This document shows positions 18,959 to 28,530 of a DNA stretch of 64,000 bases, piece by piece. The DNA lies in NCBI GenBank assembly GCA_051003155.1, contig JBPCLO010000051.1, forward strand, positions 32,001 through 96,000, in the 5' to 3' direction. The stretch's first letter is position 1. Each line of letters starts with the position of its first letter. The position numbers and the translations under genes are program-made. The DNA is from Fimbriimonadales bacterium (GTDB lineage: Bacteria; Armatimonadota; Fimbriimonadia; Fimbriimonadales; ATM1). The notes beneath the pieces were generated by a model, which ran no database searches, was not told where the DNA came from, and saw nothing but the letters and a program-made list of their open reading frames with translations.

Positions 18959-19917
18959 TCGGACAGTTCCGCCTCCTTGCAGAATCTGATTCGCATGTCT
19001 AGGACAAACACGTTCTCGTGAATGTTCGCGCGCCTTCGCAATTTTACGGCGTCCTTGGCCGTCGTTACCCAGTTAGAGCCGGGAGGAATATTGACCGCTT
19101 GCAAGTCATCGTGATCGGCGAGGACTATCTTGGTTTTCGCAAGAGCCCCGAACGATTCGAGCGCATCCAAAAATGATTTCGGCTCGCCAATCGCACATAG
19201 AGCGCTTACTTCGCGGCCGTGCAGCCAATCGACGGGATGCGCTTCGCCGGTGCGCATGTTCCTCAATCCCGAATATTCGCGCCGATAGGTGAACTTGGGC
19301 TGCACTGGGCAGTCTTCGGATTGCGAAAAGGCGATCGACGCTCTCCGCAGTCCCTCGTCCGGTTCACGCATTGGCCCCGCAGGGAGCAATCGCCGGTTGC
19401 GGGAGCAAGCCTTCCACATGATTGCGTCTGCCGTCCTCGCTAACGGTAGATGCTGGAATCCGTCATCGAGAATCAGCGCGTCAAGGCGTCCTGCCTGAGC
19501 GATTTCAGCCGCCCGGACCCTGTCCCTTCCTAAAATGAGCGCCACGTCAGGCAGCTCCTCTCGAATCAGGCACGCCTCGTCTCCATGGTCGGCGGGGTTA
19601 ATGGCCGCGCCCGGCCCCATGAACGCTGCGTCGCGAGAACTTGGACTGCTGTAGGCGGAGGAGCTGATCGCGATCCTCTTGCCGGCCAGCAGTCGCGCCA
19701 CAGCGATCGTCGCCGGCGTCTTGCCCGAGCCGCCGACCTCCAGATTGCCGATTCCCAGAATCGGAATCTCGAACCTCCGCCGCTTCTTGAGCCCAAGCTG
19801 GTAGACTGCCGCATACGCTCGCCAGCCGAGGCCATAAGCCCAGCTAAGCGGCAGCAAGGCGTTCGATATCGCCCAGTCTGCGCTCGTCTCTGGATTGTGA
19901 ATCCGGTGCCATCGCAC
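18931..19917 (-). CDS. lpxK: Tetraacyldisaccharide 4'-kinase
   Basis: IGNLEVGGSGKTP, GDEA, ILDDGFQH..L.R, LLPAGPMRE, TTAKDAVKL. Confidence 0.92.
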   Translation of the reverse strand: MRWHRIHNPETSADWAISNALLPLSWAYGLGWRAYAAVYQLGLKKRRRFEIPILGIGNLEVGGSGKTPATIAVARLLAGKRIAISSSAYSSPSSRDAAFMGPGAAINPADHGDEACLIREELPDVALILGRDRVRAAEIAQAGRLDALILDDGFQHLPLARTADAIMWKACSRNRRLLPAGPMREPDEGLRRASIAFSQSEDCPVQPKFTYRREYSGLRNMRTGEAHPVDWLHGREVSALCAIGEPKSFLDALESFGALAKTKIVLADHDDLQAVNIPPGSNWVTTAKDAVKLRRRANIHENVFVLDMRIRFCKEAELSDWLNRTLFP

Positions 19918-19941
19918 GCAGGATTATGGCTGGCGCGGGAT

Positions 19942-20016
19942 GAGTCGGTAGCTCAGTGGTAGAGCATCGGCCTTTTAAGCCGTGGGCCGTGGGTTCGAAT
20001 CCCACCCGACTCACCA
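19942..20016 (+). tRNA. tRNA-Lys (UUU)
   Basis: Cloverleaf GAGTCGG...CCGACTC-A-CCA; anticodon loop CTTTTAA; TTCGAAT T-loop. Confidence 0.95.
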
Positions 20017-20042
20017 CTCTTCCATTGGAGTTACAATAAGCT

Positions 20043-22109
20043 ATGCTTTGCCCGCTTTTACCCATCGCGATCATGGCCACTTTCCAATTCAAAGACGCCG
20101 AACCTCCTGTCGCTCGCAAGACCGCGCACAAGACCACTCTGCACGGCGAAATGATCGTCGACAATTACCATTGGCTCAGAAACAAGAAGAGCAAAGCGGT
20201 CATCGATTACCTGGAGGCGGAAAACGCCTACACCGACGCGGTGATGAAAGGCAGCAAGCCGCTCGAAGACGAGCTTTACGATGAAATGCTCGGTCGCATC
20301 AAGCAGACCGATCTCAGTGTCCCCTACCCTTACCGCGGCTACACATACTACACGCGCACTCAAGAGGGCAAGCAGTACCCGATCCATTGCCGCAAGAAGA
20401 TCGGCCAGGCCAAGGAACAGGTCCTGCTCGACGTCAACGGCCTCGCCAAGGGTCAAAAATTCATGTCGGTCGGCGCCTTCGCGATCAGCCCGAACGGCAA
20501 GATGCTCGCCTACACCACCGACAACACCGGCTTTCGCCAGTACCGCCTTCACGTCAAGGACCTCGAAACTGGCAAGCTGCTCCCGGACACGGCGGAACGC
20601 GTGGACGACGCGGGCTGGGCCGAGGACGGCCGGACTATTTGTTACATCACCGAAGACCCCGTCACGAAGCGCTCCGACACCATTTGGCGCAAGAAGCTCG
20701 GCGGAAAAGCCGAGTCCTTTTATCATGAAAAGGACGCACTCTACAACGTCGGCCTGGTTACATCGCTAGACCACAAATACATCTTTTTCGGATCGGGGAG
20801 CACCGATAACAACGAGCTGTGGTTCATCCCGGCCGACCAGCCGAACGCCAAGCGAAAGCTGATCGAGAAGCGTCAGGGCAAGCTGAAGTACTCCGTCGAA
20901 CACCGTAACGGAACCTTCTACATACACACCAACAAGGACGCGAAGGACTACCGCGTGATGACCACGAAGCCCGCCGCGCCGGGGCGGAGGAATTGGAAGC
21001 CGCTCATCCCGGCAATCCCATCGGGGCGGATCACGAGCATGAGCGTCTTCAAAGATTTCATGGTGATCGGGAAGCGCGAAAACGGACTTCCGGGGATCGA
21101 GATCTACGACTTCAAGACAAAAAAGCGCAAGGCGATTCCGCCTGACGAGAAGGTCTACTCGATGGGCGGCAGCGTGAACCGCGAGTTCAACACGAAGGTG
21201 TTTCGCTACAGCTACTCGTCGCCGCTCACGCCCGGCAGCGTGTACGAAATCGACGTAAATACGATGAAGCGAAAGCTGCTAAAGCGCGTAGAAGTCTTGG
21301 GCGGGTTCAACCCGAAATTCTACTTCACCGAGCGCGTTTGGGCGACTGCGCCCGACGGAACCAAGATCCCGATTGGGCTCGTTTACAACAGAGACGACGG
21401 GGATGAGCCCCGGCCGCTTCTTCTCGGCGGGTACGGGTCATACGGCGCTTCGGCGTCTTTTGGCTTCAGCAGCAGCGCGCTTAGCCTCCTCGACAGGGGC
21501 TTTATCCTCGCGACCGCTCAAATCCGCGGGGGCAGCGACATGGGTGAGGCATGGTACGAAGACGGCAAGCTGATGAACAAGCGCAACACCTTCTCCGACT
21601 TCGCCGCATGCGCCGACCATCTGATTTACGGCGGTTATACGTCTCGCGACAAGCTGGCAATCGAGGGCGGAAGCGCGGGCGGCCTCCTGATCGGCGCGAC
21701 CCTTAATATGCGCCCCGACCTCTGCAAAGCCGCCGTCCTTCACGTGCCGTTCGTGGACGTGATCAACACCATGCTCGACGAGTCGCTCCCCCTCACCGTG
21801 GGCGAGTTTCTGGAATGGGGCAACCCGAAGAAAAAGGACGAGTACCGCTACATGCGGAGCTATTCGCCCTACGAAAACATCCGCACGACTTCGTACCCGA
21901 TGATCCTGGTGAAGACGAGCCTGAACGATAGCCAAGTCATGTATTGGGAGGCGGCCAAATACGTCGCCCGGATGCGCGAGGTGGCTCATCCTGAAATGAT
22001 CCTCTTCAAGATCAACATGGCCGCCGGCCACGGCGGCTCGAGCGGCCGCTACGACCGCCTCCGCGAAGTCGCCTTCGACTACGCGTTCCTCCTGACCGCT
22101 TTGAAGTAG
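20043..22109 (+). CDS. ptrB: Oligopeptidase B (S9A)
   Basis: DNYHWLR, IRGGSDMG..WYEDGK, GGSAGGLL, VPFVDV, EWGNP, DSQV.YWE.AK, AGHGG.SGR. Confidence 0.93.
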   Translation: MLCPLLPIAIMATFQFKDAEPPVARKTAHKTTLHGEMIVDNYHWLRNKKSKAVIDYLEAENAYTDAVMKGSKPLEDELYDEMLGRIKQTDLSVPYPYRGYTYYTRTQEGKQYPIHCRKKIGQAKEQVLLDVNGLAKGQKFMSVGAFAISPNGKMLAYTTDNTGFRQYRLHVKDLETGKLLPDTAERVDDAGWAEDGRTICYITEDPVTKRSDTIWRKKLGGKAESFYHEKDALYNVGLVTSLDHKYIFFGSGSTDNNELWFIPADQPNAKRKLIEKRQGKLKYSVEHRNGTFYIHTNKDAKDYRVMTTKPAAPGRRNWKPLIPAIPSGRITSMSVFKDFMVIGKRENGLPGIEIYDFKTKKRKAIPPDEKVYSMGGSVNREFNTKVFRYSYSSPLTPGSVYEIDVNTMKRKLLKRVEVLGGFNPKFYFTERVWATAPDGTKIPIGLVYNRDDGDEPRPLLLGGYGSYGASASFGFSSSALSLLDRGFILATAQIRGGSDMGEAWYEDGKLMNKRNTFSDFAACADHLIYGGYTSRDKLAIEGGSAGGLLIGATLNMRPDLCKAAVLHVPFVDVINTMLDESLPLTVGEFLEWGNPKKKDEYRYMRSYSPYENIRTTSYPMILVKTSLNDSQVMYWEAAKYVARMREVAHPEMILFKINMAAGHGGSSGRYDRLREVAFDYAFLLTALK

Positions 22110-22231
22110 GCTGCCGGCCCCGCTTATCGCGTCATCCCGACAGATAGGCGCCAGGGAATATCACGTGATGACCATGAGAAACGACTGCCGACTGCCGATG
22201 GAGGGCGTCCGGGGTGGCCCTGGGCCGGCCG

Positions 22232-22780
22232 TTAGCTGTCCTTGAATACAAGCGGTTCGTACGAATCCAAAAGATATAGAGCATCAAACATGAATCGGCT
22301 TCCCGCGATGACAAACATGGCACCCGGGAGCAGAACGATCAAGCTGATTATAACGTCAGCTGTCCTTGAATACCTAAACTTGCCGTCCGGCTCGTTTTTC
22401 GAGCCTGCCTGGGCGCGAACCATTCGGTCCAAGTAGACCTGGACATGCGCGAACCAGAGCCAGAATCCAGTGCAGGCGATGGCCCATCCAATAGCAAGCG
22501 TTGCGAAACCATAGCCAACCGCAAGATTCGAATAGATAGGCACACGCGTTGCTTCAAAATACAACAGGGGGATGCGTCTCTTACTCGCTTCGATCTGAGC
22601 CTCGAGCTGCAACGCCTTAGCTCCTTTGGGTTCCTTTGGCATTTGCTCAAGGGTCGCTAGCTTTGCGTCCAAAGAATCTATGATCTGATTCATTTCCTCG
22701 TACTTGTTCGATGCCTCATGCCCGAAGAGCCTCGACCCGCCCGCGCTTATAAGGAATATGCCAGCGATGAATATCCCCAC
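22232..22780 (-). CDS. Hypothetical membrane protein, 5' end uncertain or truncated
   Basis: TM segments separated by a coiled region; no convincing start upstream of GTG 22780. Confidence 0.45.
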   Translation of the reverse strand: MGIFIAGIFLISAGGSRLFGHEASNKYEEMNQIIDSLDAKLATLEQMPKEPKGAKALQLEAQIEASKRRIPLLYFEATRVPIYSNLAVGYGFATLAIGWAIACTGFWLWFAHVQVYLDRMVRAQAGSKNEPDGKFRYSRTADVIISLIVLLPGAMFVIAGSRFMFDALYLLDSYEPLVFKDS

Positions 22781-22872
22781 GCGCCCGCGGAGCTCGTCTC
22801 CAAGACCGCAGAGGTCCTCTTGAAGTCCGCGGGGCAATTCTTCATAGCCATATGTGTTGCCATAATCTTCCC

Positions 22873-23712
22873 ATGGGAAATTGTAAATATTGCGGAGAGC
22901 CGGCTGGGGTGTTGCGATCCGCACACGGCGAATGCATGCGTGCATACGACGCGGGCAAGGGAGAAATAGGGGCGGCTGTGCGGTCATCCATTGCAAACGG
23001 AGCGGTCGCGGCTGATATCAGGGGTGACGTTGATGCAATCGCGAGCAGGGCGAGGATTCCGGCAGATGAACTTCCGAAGATTATTCTGGATGGTACGTGC
23101 AAAGCGATTGATGCGATCGTCGAGGACGGAATCCTAAGTGAATCAGAGGAGAGGGCGTTCAACGTGATAACCACGCAACTAGGCGTTGGGGCTTCGGGGT
23201 TGCCGCAGCCCTTGACGAACAAACTAGTGATGGCAAGGGTTCTCCGAGAAATCCTTGAGGGCAGGGTACCACCCTGCCAGGTTCAGTACGATGGCCCTCT
23301 TCCATTCATGCTGCAGAAGTCTGAGTCGTTGGTGTGGTTAGAGAAGGACGTCCCGCTTACAGAGGAAACGTCGCGAACACAGTATTCAGGTGGTTCTCGA
23401 GGTACCAGCGTGCGGCTGGCCAAGGGGTTGTCATTTCGAGTAGGTGCTGGTCAGGGCGAGTACAGACAAGTGTCGTCAATGGAGCGAAAGGACATTGGGC
23501 TTCTTGGCATAACGACGAAACATCTTTATTACGCCGGACACAGGTCCTCATTTCGTATCCCCTATGCCAAGATCATGTCGTGCAATACCTACGCGGACGC
23601 AATTTCTATCACAACCGACGCGGTTCGCGCGAAGCCGCGAATTTTCGGAACGGATAATGTTTGGTTCATTTACAATGCGATCATGAATTTATCGCAGCTC
23701 GAAGCCCAATGA
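22873..23712 (+). CDS. Hypothetical protein with N-terminal CxxC...HxxC motif
   Basis: MGNCKYCGEPAG...HGEC; C-terminal G.L.IT.K.LY PH-like pattern; CATAAT 6 nt upstream of the ATG. Confidence 0.7.
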   Translation: MGNCKYCGEPAGVLRSAHGECMRAYDAGKGEIGAAVRSSIANGAVAADIRGDVDAIASRARIPADELPKIILDGTCKAIDAIVEDGILSESEERAFNVITTQLGVGASGLPQPLTNKLVMARVLREILEGRVPPCQVQYDGPLPFMLQKSESLVWLEKDVPLTEETSRTQYSGGSRGTSVRLAKGLSFRVGAGQGEYRQVSSMERKDIGLLGITTKHLYYAGHRSSFRIPYAKIMSCNTYADAISITTDAVRAKPRIFGTDNVWFIYNAIMNLSQLEAQ

Positions 23713-23851
23713 GCCGACCATCTCCCCCAGAGCCGCGTCGTCGCTCTGGGACATAGAGGGTCTCAACGCCCCCGCGACGATGACTACCGACAATGAGAAG
23801 GGCTCGAACGCTGTGAAGATTATCCGGCCTAGATGGATATAAACAAGTACG

Positions 23852-24346
23852 ATGCCAGCAGATCCGAACGTGGATGAAACCGCGCGTACCATAGCGTGGA
23901 TCGGGGTGGGCACCGGCTTGTTCAGCCTGGGTATATCAGCGGTTCAACTCGTGCTCTCCAGGCTCGACAAGAGAACAAAGCTGCGCGTTCAGCTAAGCCT
24001 GGTGAGGCTCGGTATGTCGCCTGATGACCCAAATCCGAAACCATATAAGCTGAACATCACGGCTGCGAATATTCGGGGTCCAGCGGTAACTCTGGCACGG
24101 CTTGCGTTTACGGCCCGCGGCCTGCCTCGAGGACGTTTTCTCCGAACCTCTGGCCGTCATTCGTTGCCTGCCGTCTTGGATCCGGGAATGGAGAAAAGAC
24201 TTGAGGTCGGAATCGGCGGCGTTGCCGATGCTTTGGGCGAAGAGAGCTTGACGGGTAACGTCTGCATTCGCGCGCGAATAGAGGACGCATCAGGAAAAAA
24301 GCATTGGACCAATTGGGTTGCATTTGACCTTGCAACCACCGAGTAA
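23852..24346 (+). CDS. Hypothetical protein with N-terminal TM anchor
   Basis: 164-aa ORF with a single TM helix followed by a beta-rich region. Confidence 0.55.
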   Translation: MPADPNVDETARTIAWIGVGTGLFSLGISAVQLVLSRLDKRTKLRVQLSLVRLGMSPDDPNPKPYKLNITAANIRGPAVTLARLAFTARGLPRGRFLRTSGRHSLPAVLDPGMEKRLEVGIGGVADALGEESLTGNVCIRARIEDASGKKHWTNWVAFDLATTE

Positions 24347-24432
24347 CTCGCCGCGTGAGCACTAGGATGAAGCCTGGGTAAAATGGCCCGTCACAAAATC
24401 GGCCGCCGTTGCAGATAGTAGCTGAAGACCTC

Positions 24433-24497
24433 GTAGCGAGCCCGCCGATTACCCCCTTTGGTAGTGGCGGGCTCCTCGCGCGGGTGCCCCGGCTACA
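24433..24497. repeat. REP-like palindrome / strong hairpin
   Basis: GAGCCCGCC...GGCGGGCTC inverted repeat (24438-24474), preceded by GTAG and followed by GGCTAC. Confidence 0.4.
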
Positions 24498-24612
24498 TCC
24501 GGGATCGGGCCTGCTTTCTCGCGAGACTGCCTGCCCATAAGTCCCGTTCGTCCTACAGGTCTTATCCCAAGACGCCGATGTCACAGCTTCCTAAGGGGCA
24601 TTTGACGGACTG

Positions 24613-25181
24613 CTAGCCCGCCCACTCCTCGATGGTCCTCGGCCAATCGCTTTTCAAGAGCCGCGAGAGGGCGCGGTCGGCAAGGACCCGATCTTGGTTT
24701 TGGCATCGGGCGCAATAGTCGTTCTCGGAGTGCACAATCCGCTGGACGGGCATCCCGCACACGCGGCACGGCTTGCCGAAACGCCCGTGGACGTGGAAGT
24801 CCTCGGGAAATGCCGTGACCTCACCCATTCCGGGGAAGCGCTCACCGAAGTCGTTCCGCAGCTTCTCGATCCAACGGTAAAGCGTGTCGCGGGTGGCGAT
24901 TCGGAGGCGCTCGACCTCGTCGTTCGAGAGGGATCTCGTGAGGCGCAGGGGTGACAGGTGCGCCGCGAACAGGATCTCGTCCGAGTAGGCGTTTCCAACC
25001 CCGCTGAACCGGTTCGGCTGGGTCAGCGCCCTCTTTAGCGTGCGGTTCTCGGCCAGAAGCCCTTCGGCGAACTGTTCGGCTGTCGCCGTTATGGGATCGA
25101 TTCCGCCCGGATCGAGCTCCGCCAAGCCTGTCTTCCCGGAAACGACATGCAGCGAGGCGCGGCGCTTGGTCCCGGCCTCGG
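24613..25181 (-). pseudogene. 5'-truncated Fpg/Nei-family DNA glycosylase (H2TH + zinc finger)
   Basis: EAGTKRRASLH..., GVGNAYSDEILF.A.LSP, VHGRFGKPCRVCG...YCARCQ; the N-terminal MPELPE catalytic domain is absent. Confidence 0.85.
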
Positions 25182-25703
25182 GACTGGGTTTGTGCGCGCG
25201 TGGCCAGAATACTGAAAGCCGACATCGTCGAAGAAGTTCACAACCACCACAACTTCGCCTGGCGCGAGAGTCATGGTGGGCGCGATTTGTGGGTTGTGCG
25301 AAAGGGTGCAACCCCTGCGTTCCCGGGCCAAATGGGTTTCGTCGGGGGCTCGATGGGCGACATCTCGACGATCGTGGAAGGCGTGGAATCGCCTGAGTCG
25401 GCCCAGTCACTCTACTCGACGGTCCACGGCGCCGGCCGCCTCATGTCTCGGACGAAGGCGGCCGGCAAGCGTCGTGGCAACAAGCGAACCGGAGGCTCGG
25501 TCACTCGCGAGATGATGGAAACGTGGGTGCGCTCGAAGAACGTCGAGCTGCGCGGCGCGGGCACCGACGAGTCGCCGCACTGCTACAAGCGCCTGCCGGA
25601 GGTCCTCGCGCACCACGAAGGCTCGATCCGGATCCTCCACACGCTTACGCCGTTGGGCGTGGCGATGGCCGGTGAGAACGAGTTCGATCCGTATAAGGAT
25701 TGA
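25179..25703 (+). pseudogene. rtcB: 5'-truncated RtcB RNA ligase
   Basis: RDWV...VHNHHNFAW, VVRKGATPA, GGSMG, STVHGAGRLMSR, DESP..YK; only the C-terminal ~175 aa are present. Confidence 0.88.
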
Positions 25704-25706
25704 GTT

Positions 25707-25748
25707 GAGACTGGAGACTGGAGACTGGAGACTGGAGACTCTAGACTG
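25707..25748 (+). repeat. Heptamer tandem repeat (GAGACTG)x4 plus 2 degenerate units
   Basis: Read directly, just after the rtcB stop. Confidence 0.9.
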
Positions 25749-25870
25749 TGTTGCGCAGCCAAAGTTGCAATCAATATACGGTTTCCTCCCAGTCCCCGAC
25801 AAATTGCCGGGAGCATCGTTTATTGTAAACCACCATTCGTGGTTCGAGAGGCAAAGTGTATTATTTCGAT

Positions 25871-27550
25871 ATGCGCTTCTTCGCAACGCTCGCCGCTCTG
25901 ATCGCCGTCACCGCCAACGCACAAGAGATCGAGAAGGCGATCACGACCTACAACGCCGACTTCGGAAGCCTAAGCCGCTCGTACAGCTTCCCGCAATCGC
26001 CGCAGCGCGAGACACGAATGCGCAGGTTCCTAAGCGAAACCCTCGCGAGCCTCCAAGCCAATCCGTTCGACCGCCTCACTTTCTCCGACAAGATCGATTA
26101 CATCGCATTCAAGAACTACCTCGAGCACGGACTGCGCCAACTCGACCTCGACGCCGTCGCCTGGTCTGAAACCAAGCCGCTCGTCCCCTTCTTCAATAGT
26201 ATCATCGAATTCGAAGAGGCGAAGCGGGCGATGCAACCCATCGACGCGCCAAAGGCCGCGGTCATCCTTGAACAACTGAAGAAAGACGTCGACCAAGAGC
26301 GCAAAGCCATCGAAGGCGGCAAGACCGCGAAGAAGTCCCTGGCCAATCGCGCCGCACGCTCCGTCGACAGCCTTCGAATTTCCCTCCGCGAGTGGTACGA
26401 CTTCTACAACGGCTACGACCCTATCTTCACCTGGTGGACCGAGGAGCCCTACAAAGCCGCCGACAGTGCGCTCGACGCCTACGCCAAAGCGCTCCGCGAG
26501 AAAATCGTCGGCATCAAACCAGGCGACGAAAGCGCGATTGTGGGAGACCCCATCGGCGAGGAAGCCCTTCTGAGCGAGCTCGCATACGAGATGATTCCGT
26601 ACAAGCCCAAGGAGCTCATCGAGATCGCAAACAAGGAGTATGCTTGGTGCGAGGCCGAGATGAAGAAGGCTTCCCGCGAGATGGGCTACGGCGACGACTG
26701 GAAGAAAGCACTCGAAAAGGTCAAAACCATGCACGTCGAGCCGGGGAAGCAGCCCGACCTCGTCCGGGACCTGGCCCTCGAAGCGATTGCGTTCCTGGAC
26801 GAACACGACCTCGTCACCATCCCCGAGCTATGCCGCGAGACGTGGAGGCGCGAGATGATGTCGCCCCGGCAGCAGCTCATAAGCCCATTCTTCCTGGGCG
26901 GCGAGGTGATCCAAATCGCCTACCCCACGAACACGATGTCGCACGAGGCCAAGATGATGAGCATGCGCGGAAACAACATCCACTTCGCCCGCGCCACCGT
27001 TCACCACGAGCTCATCCCCGGCCACCACCTGGACGGCTTCATGAGCGAGCGCCACCGTCCCTACCGCAGCCTTTTCTGGACGCCGTTCTACGGCGAAGGC
27101 TGGGCGCTCTACTGGGAGATGCTTCTTTGGGACCTCGGCTTCGCCAAATCGCCCGAGAACAAAGTCGGCATGCTGTTTTGGCGCATGCACCGCTGCGCCC
27201 GCATCATCTTCTCGCTTGGTTTCCATCTGGAGCAGATGACTCCGCAGCAGTGCATTGACTTCCTCGTGGATAGGGTGGGCCACGAACGCGCAAACGCCGA
27301 AGCCGAGGTCCGAAGGTCGCTCAGCGGCGCCTACGGCCCGCTCTACCAATGCGCCTACATGCTGGGCGGCCTCCAGTTCCGCGCCCTCCACAAAGAGATG
27401 GTGGGCTCAGGCAAAATGACCAACCGCCAGTTCCACGACGCCATCCTCCACGAGAACTGCCTCCCGGTAGAACTAGTACGCGTCATCCTCCGCAAGGACA
27501 ATGTCGGAAGGGACTTCCGCTCCTCGTGGCGCTTCTACGAGGCTAACTAG
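25871..27550 (+). CDS. DUF885-family secreted protein (putative metallopeptidase)
   Basis: Signal peptide, HELIPGHHL, EGWALYWE, AYMLGGLQ. Confidence 0.88.
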   Translation: MRFFATLAALIAVTANAQEIEKAITTYNADFGSLSRSYSFPQSPQRETRMRRFLSETLASLQANPFDRLTFSDKIDYIAFKNYLEHGLRQLDLDAVAWSETKPLVPFFNSIIEFEEAKRAMQPIDAPKAAVILEQLKKDVDQERKAIEGGKTAKKSLANRAARSVDSLRISLREWYDFYNGYDPIFTWWTEEPYKAADSALDAYAKALREKIVGIKPGDESAIVGDPIGEEALLSELAYEMIPYKPKELIEIANKEYAWCEAEMKKASREMGYGDDWKKALEKVKTMHVEPGKQPDLVRDLALEAIAFLDEHDLVTIPELCRETWRREMMSPRQQLISPFFLGGEVIQIAYPTNTMSHEAKMMSMRGNNIHFARATVHHELIPGHHLDGFMSERHRPYRSLFWTPFYGEGWALYWEMLLWDLGFAKSPENKVGMLFWRMHRCARIIFSLGFHLEQMTPQQCIDFLVDRVGHERANAEAEVRRSLSGAYGPLYQCAYMLGGLQFRALHKEMVGSGKMTNRQFHDAILHENCLPVELVRVILRKDNVGRDFRSSWRFYEAN

Positions 27551-27568
27551 CCTGAACTGTAAGAACGA

Positions 27569-27604
27569 ACCCTAGAGGTCCTAGAAGTCCTATTCGTCCT
27601 ACGC
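27569..27604. repeat. Degenerate 9-nt tandem repeat GTCCTAnnn x4
   Basis: accctagag gtcctagaa gtcctattc gtcctacgc, between convergent genes; similar units at 24532-24567. Confidence 0.55.
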
Positions 27605-27605
27605 C

Positions 27606-28388
27606 CTAGAACGAATTCTCCGAGCCCGGGAATGTCTTCCTGCGAACGTCGGCGGCGTATGCGCGCAGCGCATCGGTAATCACCGCTCGGCCCTCCAGAA
27701 ACCGCTTCGTGTGCTTAAACGCCTCGCCGGCCGAGAGGCCCAAAATGTCATGCCAAACCTGAACTTCCCCGTCGCAGTCCGGCCCTGCGCCGATGCCGAT
27801 CGTGGGGATCGGAAGTTCGTCTGTAATGCGCCGAGCCACAACCGCGGGGATCATCTCAAGCACCACCGAAAATACGCCCGCGTCGGCGATCTTCTTTCCG
27901 GCTTCGAGCACAACGTCCGCCTTGTTGCCTCGCCCCTGCACCCGGAATCCGCCAAAGGAGTGCACGCTCTGCGGCGTCATTCCGATGTGGCCCATTACGG
28001 GTACTCCCGCCGCCACGAGCCCGCCTATCGCGCCCATGTACGGCCCTTCGAGCTTCACAGCCGCGGCGCCGGCTTTGACCAATTCGATCCCCGAACGGAT
28101 CGCGTCCTCAGCGCTTGCTTGGAAAGAGCCGAACGGCATGTCCGCCACCAACAGCGCGCGCTTGCAGCCGCGGGCGGCCGCGGAAACGTGGTGGATCATC
28201 TCGTCAAGGGTCACCGGTAGCGTGTTTTCATATCCCAGTGTCGTGTTTCCGACCGAATCGCCCACCAAAATCAGATCCACGCCCGCCTCGTCCGCCATCT
28301 GCGCGCTCGGCGTGTCGTACGCTGTAACACAGACGATTCGCCCCCCTTTCATCGAGGAGATCTTAGGCGCGGTCATGACTTCGGACAT
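27606..28388 (-). CDS. panB: 3-methyl-2-oxobutanoate hydroxymethyltransferase
   Basis: TAYD, ILVGDS, ADMPFGS, AVKLEG, VMGHIG.TPQ, IGIGAG..CDG.V.V. Confidence 0.97.
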   Translation of the reverse strand: MSEVMTAPKISSMKGGRIVCVTAYDTPSAQMADEAGVDLILVGDSVGNTTLGYENTLPVTLDEMIHHVSAAARGCKRALLVADMPFGSFQASAEDAIRSGIELVKAGAAAVKLEGPYMGAIGGLVAAGVPVMGHIGMTPQSVHSFGGFRVQGRGNKADVVLEAGKKIADAGVFSVVLEMIPAVVARRITDELPIPTIGIGAGPDCDGEVQVWHDILGLSAGEAFKHTKRFLEGRAVITDALRAYAADVRRKTFPGSENSF

Positions 28389-28430
28389 CGCGAGCCGAGG
28401 TTACCTCCCTCGGGTACAATTTGCGTCCGC

Positions 28431-28515
28431 GCGCGGGTGGTGGAATGGTAGACACGCATGCTTGAGGTGCATGTGCCCAAAAGGCGTGAAGGTTCGAGTC
28501 CTTTTCCGCGCACCA
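28431..28515 (+). tRNA. tRNA-Leu (GAG)
   Basis: GCGCGGG...TCCGCGC-A-CCA, anticodon loop TTGAGGT, long variable arm; TACAAT upstream. Confidence 0.95.
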
Positions 28516-28530
28516 TAGAATCTCAGGTAG

